NCBI RefSeq assembly: GCF_009914755.1
Contig: NC_060926.1
DNA: 64,000 bases
Reading direction: 5' to 3' (one strand)
From: the human T2T-CHM13v2.0 reference genome, Homo sapiens
Under the pieces are notes generated by a model. That model was given only the letters and a program-made list of their open reading frames with translations, was not told the origin of the DNA and searched no databases. The stretch's first letter is position 1. Every line of letters starts with the position of its first letter. Shown piece by piece: positions 54,640 to 64,000 of the stretch. Both the position numbers and the translations under genes were made by a program.

Positions 54640-56000
54640 CCATCTGTAAGAGTTATCAGAACTTAGAGATGAGGAAGATAATTACTGACTGGGGTGGTCT
54701 GGAAAGACTTCCTAAAAAAAGTCAGACTGTATTAGGCCTTTGGGAAATGTGGCATTCAGATTCATAGAAAGGAAGAAGGAAAATGTCTCAGGCATGGAAA
54801 GCATTGCTGAGCAAAGGCTCAGAGCAGGGTTTATGAGTATCCCATAGAGCAGTAAAGAGAACCAGGAAATAATTGACAAGGGAGTTTTTAAAATATACCC
54901 TTGCCTTGACCCGCTGCAGACCTAATTAAAGAATCTCTGGAACGAGCTTGGGCCTCAGCATTTTTAGAGCTTCCCTGATGAGTCTAACGTGCAGCGAAGG
55001 CTGAGGACAGTCTTCAGACTGTCAAGGTGTATTTGGAGGGGTTTAAGGAAAGGCTGGCTTTGGGGAATGGAGGCTCCTGATGAAACTTCTTGCATTTTTG
55101 AAGGTTTCTGACTTGAACCAATGCATATTGGGGTGCTTTCACCGTACAGTGCTTTTCATGTTTGCAAACTAGATTTTATGACAGGTTAATCTGGTTCAGA
55201 TTCAAGTTGTGGGAAGGGGTGGGAAGCTTGGAAAGTGAGCAAGAAGGATGGCACAGAGGTCCATGAGACAAGCCTGCTCTCAGAGAGTATGGCAGAAAAG
55301 GGAAGGTAAATCCAAGGGATACTGAACAGGAAGAATTAATAGAGTTTGGTAGGATGAAAAATGAGGAGATGTTTTCTAATTAGGTACAGGAGCAATGACA
55401 GAAATTTCTCTTTACACAAACAGTCCCAAAGTCATGCAGGTGAAGAAGTTGAGAATGGTACTCAACCTCTACATTGCCTTCTCTCCTGGATATTAAGAGC
55501 TCATTCCTTCTTTTGATCTTCCTATCTCCTAAACTATCATTGCATTTGATTTCCTTTATTCCTTCCTGGGGAAGCTTTCTGAATGGGGATTCTACACTGA
55601 TGTCCTTACTGCCTCACTGCCCACATTCTCTCTAACCTACATCTCTGTCACCTACCCTCCATCTCTTTTGATGGTTTCCAGTGGCCTCCCAATTTCCAAA
55701 ATCCAGTGACTCTTTTCTGGGCCTCCTTCTCTTCCACCCTCTGGCTGCATTTGACTCTTTTTTGCTTGACACTGTTGGCTTTGGGGCTAGTAAATACTCC
55801 TGGTTCTCCTTTTGATTTGTTTTTCCTTCCAGTTATCCTGAGTTCACCCAGCATCCATCCTGAGGCCCTTTTAAAATTTTGACTCTCTCATGAACTACTA
55901 ACGTTTCCCTAGGTTTTTTATTTTCAGCAGGCAGCTGGGTATTCTTCACTTGGTTGTCATATCTCTGCCTCATGCTCACTGCCATTACAATCATAGCTGT
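54640..56000. mobile_element. Cluster of L2 fragments with a MER5A piece (~54870-55010)
   Basis: ggaaagacttcct...gagcaaaggctcagag (antisense L2); ctcttttctgggcctccttctcttc...tcctggttctcct (sense L2); gaatctctgg...cttccctgatgagtctaacgtgcag (MER5A). Confidence 0.55.
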
Positions 56001-56446
56001 TTGCAAAGTCTTGTATTGCTAGAAAGTGCTTTACTTACAGTGTTTCACTTGAGTTTCACCTTCTCTCCCAGCCCTGCTTCTTTCCTTCGGCTCTTCCCTG
56101 AATTTGAATCTTGGCTCTGTTGATTACTAACTGAAGCCTCAATTCCCCAATCTTTAAAATAGGGATAATAATACCCGTATCATAGGAGTGTTATGTTAAA
56201 CAAGAAAATCTATGTGAGAATGTCACTGTCTGCTTGCTGTGTGACTCACTGTCACAATTTCTACTCACTGTCTGTCACACCCTTCTTCTCCTTCCTTGAA
56301 GGCAGGAGCTGTTTTTAAAATTCATTTTTTAACTATACTTTAAATTCTGGGATACATGGGCAGAACATACAGGTTTGTTACATAGGTATACACGTGCCAT
56401 GGTGGTTTGCTGCACCCATCAATCCATCATCTACATTAGGTATTTC

Positions 56447-56734
<288 letters not shown>

Positions 56735-57178
56735 AGGTATTTCTCTTAATGCTATCCCTCCCCTAGGCCCCCACCCCACGACAGGCCCCAGTGTGTGATG
56801 TTTCCTCCCTGTGTCCATGTGTTCTCATTGTTCAACTCCTACTTATGAGTGAGAACATGTGGTGTTTGGTTTTCTGTTTTTGTGTTAGTTTGCTGAGAAT
56901 GATGGTTTCCAGCTTCATCCAGGTCCCTGCAAAGGACATGAACTCATCCTTTTTTATGGTTGCATAGTATCGCATGGTGTATGTGTGCCACGTTTTCTTT
57001 ATCCATTCTATCATTGATGGGCATTTGGGTTGGTTCCAAGTCTTTGCTATTGTGAATAGTACTGCAATAAACATACGTGTGCATGTGTCTTTATGGTATA
57101 ATGATTTATGATCCTTTGGGTATATACCCAGTAATAGGATGGCTGGGTCAAATGGTATTTCTAGTTCTAGATCCTTAA

Positions 57179-57583
<405 letters not shown>

Positions 57584-60224
57584 TCTTTCCTGGCTTTTTT
57601 AATGATCGCCATTCTAACTGGCGTGAGATGGTATCTCATTGTGGTTTTGGTTTGCATTTCTCTAATGACCAGTGATGATGGCTTTTTTTCATGTTTGTTT
57701 GCCACATAAATGTCTTCTTTTGAGAAGTGTCTGTTCATATCCTTTGCCCAATTTTTGATGGGGTTGTTTGTTTTTTCTTGTAAATTTGTTTAAGTTCCTG
57801 GTAGATTCTGGATATTAGCCCTTTGTCAGATGGATAGATTGCGAATTTTTTTTCCCATTCTGTAGGTTGCCTGTTCACTCTGATGATAGTTTCTTTTGCT
57901 GTGCAGAAGCTCTTTAGTTTAATTAGATCCCATTTGTCAATTTTGGCTTTTGTTGCTATTGTTTTTAGTGTTTTAGTCTTGAAGTCTTTGCCCATGCCTA
58001 TGTCCTGAATGGTATTGCCTAGGTTTTCTTCTAGGGTTTCTATGGTTTAAGGTCTTACATTTAAGTATTTAGTCCATCTTAAGTTAGTTTTTGTATAAGG
58101 TGTAAGGAAGGAGTCCAGTTTCAGTTTTCTGCACGTGGCTAACCAGTTTTCCCAGCACCATTTATTAAATAGGGAATCCTTTCCCCATTGCTTGTTTTTG
58201 TCAGGTTTGCCGGAGATCAAATGGTTGTAGATGTGTGGTGTTATTTCTGAGGCCTCTGTTCTGTTCCATCAGTCTGTATATCTGTTTTGGTACCAGTATC
58301 ATGCTGTTTTGGTTACTGTGGCCTGGTAGTGTAGTTTCAAGTCAGGTAGCGTGATGCCTCCAGCTTTGTTCTTTTTGCTAGGATTGTCTTGGCTATACGG
58401 GCTCTTTTTTGGTTCCACATGAAATTTAAAGTAGTTTTTTCTAATTCTGCGAAGAAAGTCAATGGTAGCTTGATGGGAATAGCATGGAATCTATAAATTA
58501 CTTTGGGTGGTATGGCCATTTTCATGATATTAATTCTTCCTATTCATGAGCATGGAATGTTTTTCCATTTGTTTGTGTCCTTTCTTATTTCCTTGAGCAG
58601 TGGTTTGTAGTTCTCCTTGAAGAGGTCCTTTACATCCCTTGTAAGTCGGATTCCTAGGTATTTTATTCTCTTTGTAGCAATTGTGAATGGGAGTTCAGTC
58701 ATGATTTGGCTCTCTGTTTGTCTGTTATTGGTGTATAGGAATGCTTGTGATTTTTGCACATTGATTTTGTATCCTGAGACTTTGCTGAAGTTGCTTATCA
58801 GCTTAAGGAGATTTGGGGATGAGATGATGGGGTTTTCTAAATATACAATTATGTCATCTGCAAACAGAGATAATTTGACTTCCTCTCTTCCTATCTGAAT
58901 ACCCTTTTGTTTCTTTTTCTTGCCTGATCGCCCTGGCCAGAACTTCCAATACTATGTTGAATAGGAGTGGTGAAAGAGGGCATCCTTTTCTTGTGCTGGT
59001 TTTCAAAGGGAATGCTTTCAGCTTTTGCCCATTTAGTATGATATTGGCTGTAAGTTTGTCATAAATAGCACTTATTATTTTGAGATACATTCCATCAATA
59101 CCTAGTTTATTGAGTGTTTTTAGCCTGAAGGTGTGTTGAATTGTATTGAAGGCCTTTTCTGCATCTATTGAGATAATCATGTGGTTTTTGTCATTGGTTC
59201 TGTTTATGTGATGGATTACGTTTATTGATTTTCATATATTGAACCAGCCTTGCATCCCAGGTATGAAGCTGACTTGATCGTGGTGGGTAAGCTTTTTGAT
59301 GTGCTGCTGGATTCAGTTTGCCAGTATTTTATTGAGGATTTTCGCATCAATGTTCGTCAGGGTTATTGGCCTGAAATTTTATTTTTGTGCTGTGTCTCTG
59401 CCACGTTTTGGTATCAGGATGATGCTGGCCTCATAAAATGAATTAGGGAGGAGTCCTTCTTTTTCTGTTGTTTGGAATAGTTTCAGAAGGAATGGTACCA
59501 GCTCCTGTTTGTACCTCTGGTAGAATTCGGCTGTGAATCTGTCTGGTCCTGGGCTTTTTTTCGTTGGTAGACTATTAATTACTGCCTCAATTTCAGAAAT
59601 TAGTATTGGTCTATTCAGGGATTTGACTTCTTCCTGGTTTAGTCTTGGTAGGGTGTATGTGTCCAGGAATTTATCCATTTCTTCTAGATTTTCCATTTTA
59701 TTTGCATAGAGGTGTTTATAATATTCTCTGGTGGTAGTTTTTACTTCTGTGGGACCAGTGGTGATCTCCCCTGTATCATTTTTTATTGTGTCTATTTGAT
59801 TCTTCTCTGTTTTCTTCTTTATTAGTCTGGCTAGCAGTCTATGTATTTTGTTAATCTTTTAAAAACAGTCAGCTGCTGGATTCATTGATTTTTTTGAAGG
59901 GTTTTTCATGTCTCTGTCTCCTTCAGTTCTGCTCTGATCTTAGTTATTTCTTGTCTTCTGCTAGCTTTTGAATTTGTTTGCTCTTGCTTCTTTAGTTCTT
60001 TTAATTGTGACGTTAGCATGTTGATTTTAGGTCTTTCCTGCTTTCTCCTGCGGGCAGTTAGTACTATAAATTTCCCTCTAAACACTGCTTTAGCTGTGTC
60101 CCAGAGATTCTGGTACATTGTATCTTTGTTCTCATTGGTTCCAAAGAACTTTCATTATTTACCCAGTGGTCATTCAGCAGGTTGTTCAGTTGCTATGTAG
60201 TTGTGCAGTTTTGGGTGAGTTTCT

Positions 60225-60545
60225 TTTTTTTCTTCTTTTTCTCTTTCTTTTTTTTTTTTTTTTTTTGAGACTGAGTTTGCTCTGTTGCCCAGGCTGGAGT
60301 GCAGTGGCATGATCTTGGGTCACTGCAAACTCTGCCTCCCGGGTTCAAGTGAGTCTTCTGCCTCAGCCTTCTGAGTAGCTGGGATTACAGGCATGCACCA
60401 CCATGCCCAACTAATTTTTGTATTTTTAGTAGAGATGGGGTTTCACCATGTTGGTCAGGCTGGTCTCGAACTCCTGACCTCATGATTTGCCCACCTCAGC
60501 CTCCCAAAGTGCTGAGATTATAGGCGTGAGCCACCATGCCTGGCC
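60225..60545 (-). mobile_element. AluS (Sg-like) nested in L1 ORF2
   Basis: Full dimer with long T tail; TSD gggtgagtttct/gagcgagtttct. Confidence 0.93.
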
Positions 60546-61346
60546 GAGCGAGTTTCTGAATCCTGAGTTCTAATTTGATTGCACTGTGGTCTGAGAGACT
60601 GTTTGTTATGATTTCCATTCTTTTGCATTTGCTGAGGAGTATTTTTCTTCCAATTATGTGGTCAGTTTAAGAATATGTGTGATGTGGTGCTGAGAAGAAT
60701 GTATATTCTGTTGATTTGGGGTGGAGAGTTCTGTAGATGTCTATTAGTTCTGCTTGGTCCAGAGCTGAGTTCAAGTCCTGAATATCTTTGTTAATTTTCT
60801 GTCTCATTAATCTGTCTAATAGTGACAGTGGGGTCTTAAAGTCTCCCACTATTATTGTGTGGGAGTGTAAGTCTCTTTGTAGGTCTCTAAGAACTTGCTT
60901 TATGAATCTGGGTGCTCCTGTATTGGGTGCATATATATTTAGGATAGTTAGCTCTTCTTCTTTCATTGATCCCTTTACCATTATGTAATGCCCTTCTTTG
61001 TCTTTTTTTTTTTTTAATCTTTGTTGGTTTAAAGTGTGTTTATCAGAGACTAGGATTGCAACCCCTGCTTTTTTTGTTTCTTTCCAATTGCTTGGCAAGT
61101 ATTCCTCCATCCCTTTATTTTGAGCCTATGTGTGCCTTTGCACGTGAGATGGGTCTCCTGAATACAGCACACTGATGGGTCTTGACTCTTTATCCAATTT
61201 GCCAGTCTGTGTCTTTTAATTGGGGCATTTAGCCCATTTACACTTAAGGTTAATAGTGTTATGTGTGAATTTGATCCTGTCATTATGATGCTAGCTGGTT
61301 ATTTTACATGTTAGTCGATGCAGTTTCTTCATAGTGTCTATGGTCT

Positions 61347-62363
61347 TTAGAATTTGGTATGTTTTTGCAGTGACTGGTACTAGCTTTTCCTTTCCATATT
61401 TAGTGCTTCCTTCAGGAGCTCTTGTAAGGCAGACCTGGTGGTGACAAAATCCCTCAGCATTTGCTTGTCTGTAAAGGATTTTATTTCTCCTTCACTTATG
61501 AAGCATAGTTTGGCTGGATATGAAATTCTGGATTGAAAATTCTTTTCTTTAAGAATGTTGAGTATTGGCCCCCACTCTCTTCTGGCTTGTAGGGTTTCTG
61601 CAGAGAGATCCACTGCTAGTCTGATGGGCTTCCCTTTGTGGATAACCCGACTTTTCTCTCTAACTTCCCTTAACATTCTGTCCTTCATTTCAACCTTGGT
61701 GAATCTGACAATATGTGTCTTGGGGTTGCTCTTCTTGAGGAGCATCTCTGTGGTGCTCTCTGTATTTCCTGAATTTGAATGTTGGTCTGTCTTGCTAGGT
61801 TGGGGAAATTCTCCTGGATAATATCCTGAAGAGTGTTTTCCAACTTGCTTCCATTCTCCCCAGGACTTTCAGGTGCACCAATAAAACATAGGTTTGGTCT
61901 TTTCACATAGTCCCATATTTCTTGGAGGCTTTGTTCATTCCTTTTCATTCTTTTTTCTCTAATCTTGTCTTCATGCTTTATTTCATTAGGTTGATCTTCA
62001 ATCTCTAATATCCTTTCTTCTGCTTGATCAATTTAGCTTTTGATACTTGTGTATGTTCACAAAGTTCTTGTGCTGTGTTTTTCAGCTCCATCAGATCATT
62101 TATGTTCTTCTCTAAACTGTTTATTCTAGTTAGCAATTCCTCTAACCTTTTTTCAAAGTTCTTAGCTTCCCTGCATTGGGTTAGAACATTGCCCTTTAGC
62201 TCAGAGGAGTTTGTTATTACCCACCTTTTGAAGCCTACTTCTGTCAATTCATCAAACTCATTCTCCATCCAGTTTTGTTCCCTTTCTGGCGAGGAGTTGT
62301 GATCCTTTGGAGGAGGATCTGGTTTTTGGATTTTTCAGCCTTTTTGTGCTGGTTTTTCCTCAT
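61347..62363 (-). pseudogene. L1 ORF1, disrupted
   Basis: Start MRKNQHKKAEK at 62363; fragments QEIWDYVKRPNL, QDIIQENFPNL, KGKPIRLAVDLSAETLQARREW in different frames. Confidence 0.93.
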
Positions 62364-63074
62364 CTTCGTGGATTTATCTACCTTTTGTCTTTGATGTTGG
62401 TGACCTTCGAATGGGGTTTTGGTGTGGTCATCCTTTTTGTTGATGTTGATGCTATTCCTTTCTTTTTGTTAGTTTTCCTTCTAATAGTCAGGCCCCTCTT
62501 CTGCAGGTCTGCTGGAGTTTACTGGAGGTCCACTCCAGACCCTATTTGCCTGGGTATCACCAGCAGAGGCTGCAGAACAGCAAAGATTGCTTTCTGTTTC
62601 TTCCTCTGGAAGCTTCACCCCAGAGGGGCACCTGCCAGATGCCAGCTGGAGCTCTCCTGTATGAGGCGTCTGTCGATCCCTGCTGGGAGGTGTCTCCCAG
62701 TCAGGAGGCACAGTGGTCAGGGACCCACTTGAGGAGGCAGTCTATCCCTTAGCAGAGCTTGAGCGCTGTGCTGGGAGATCCACTGCTCTCTTCAGAGCCA
62801 GCAGGCAGGTACATTTAAGTTGGCTGAAGCTGTGTCCACAGCCACCCCTTCCCCTAGGTGCTCTGTTTCAGGGAGATGGGAGTTTTATATAAAAGCCCCT
62901 GATTGGGGCTGCTGCCTTTCTTTCAGAGATGCCCTTCCTTTCAGAGAGGAGGAATCTAGAGATGCAGTCTGGCTGCAGCGGCTTTGCCCAGCTGCGGTGG
63001 GCTCCACCCAGTCTGAACTTCCCAGGGGCTTTGTTTACACTGTGAGGGGAAAACTGCCTACTCAAGCCTCAGTA

Positions 63075-63521
63075 ATGGTGGACACCCCTCCCCCAACCAA
63101 GCTTGAGTGTCCCAGGTCGACTTCAGACTGCTGTGCTGGCAGTGAGAATTTCAAGCTAGTTGATCTTAGCTTGCTGGGCTCTGTGCGGGTGGGATCCACT
63201 TGGCTCCCTGACTTCAGCCCCCTTCTCAGGGGAGTGAATGGTTCTGTCTCGCTGGCATTCCAGGCACCACTGGTGTATGAAAAAAAATTCCTGCAGCAAG
63301 CTGGGTGTCTGCTCAAACGGCTGCCCAGTTTTGTGCTTGAAACCCAGGGCCCTTGTGGTATAGGTACCCGAGGGAATCTCCTGGTCTGTGGGTTGCAAAG
63401 ACCATGGGAAAAGTGTAGTATCTGGTCCAGAATGCACTGTTTCTCATGGCACAGTCCCTCACTACTTCCCTTGGCTAGGGGAAGGAGTTCCCTGACCCCT
63501 TGCACTTTCCAGGTTAGGTGA
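63075..63521 (+). other. ORF0-homologous antisense open frame in the L1 5'UTR (148 aa); translation unproven
   Basis: ATG in gtaATGG context; MVDTPPPTKLECPRSTSDCC resembles the recalled L1HS ORF0 N-terminus MAGAPPPASLPPCSLISDCC; NLLVCGLQRPWEKCSI resembles the ORF0 C-terminal part. Confidence 0.6.
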
Positions 63522-64000
63522 CCCCCCACCCTGCTCCTGCTCACCCTCCATTGGCTGCACCCACTGTTTAACCAGTCCCAGTGAGATGAACCGGGTACCT
63601 TAGTTGGAAATGCAGAAATTTCCCACCTTCTGCATTGGTCTCACTGGGAGCTGCAGACTGGAGCTGTTCCTATTTGCCCATCTTGCCTGTCACCCTTAAA
63701 ATTCATTTTAACCCCCAAAGGAAGTGCTCCTCAAACAATGAAATGAACACATTCTGAATACTAGAAAGAGAAGTCATCTGAGTGGTGATTTGAGTGGATT
63801 TTGAGGGAGTGGTAAATTTCATCTGAACTGCATCTGAGCTCCTTTTTCCTTCTGAGTACCTTCTCAAGGGGCTGAGGAATCTGCAGGTGTTTTGGGCATG
63901 ATTTCCCTGGAAGGGTCTGATGTTTTTTTCCAGGGTTGGCTCAGTATGATATGAAAAGATGATAATGTGAGTGCCTTTGCTACCCATTGCCTTGTGTGTC

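Noticed and set aside
63062-63544. 160-aa minus-strand ORF in the L1 5'UTR
   Set aside because: No ATG start in good context and no known L1 product; GC-rich UTR frames are often open.

Overview
Primate (most likely human; catarrhine-type AluY and an anthropoid BC200 copy are present) non-coding genomic DNA, intronic or intergenic and dense in interspersed repeats. I could not support any host protein-coding exon or name the locus. The largest elements are a full-length, TSD-flanked L1PA7-like LINE-1 on the minus strand (56329-63695) carrying three nested Alus, a near full-length Tigger1 DNA transposon (17122-19485) and an L1PB 3' fragment. There are about 14 Alus, MaLR/ERVL solo LTRs, hAT MITEs and MIR/L2/L3 relics. 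The most notable observations are: (1) a TSD-flanked retrocopy of the BC200 (BCYRN1) RNA that looks superficially like a FLAM; (2) an uninterrupted 148-codon ORF0-homologous antisense frame in the old L1 5'UTR, although ORF1 and ORF2 are broken; (3) a ~200-250 bp local duplication about 1.76 kb apart; (4) a GC-rich promoter-like segment near 42-43 kb with a possible short intron. Repeat subfamily names come from recalled consensus sequences, not from a search. I found no convincing new biological system.
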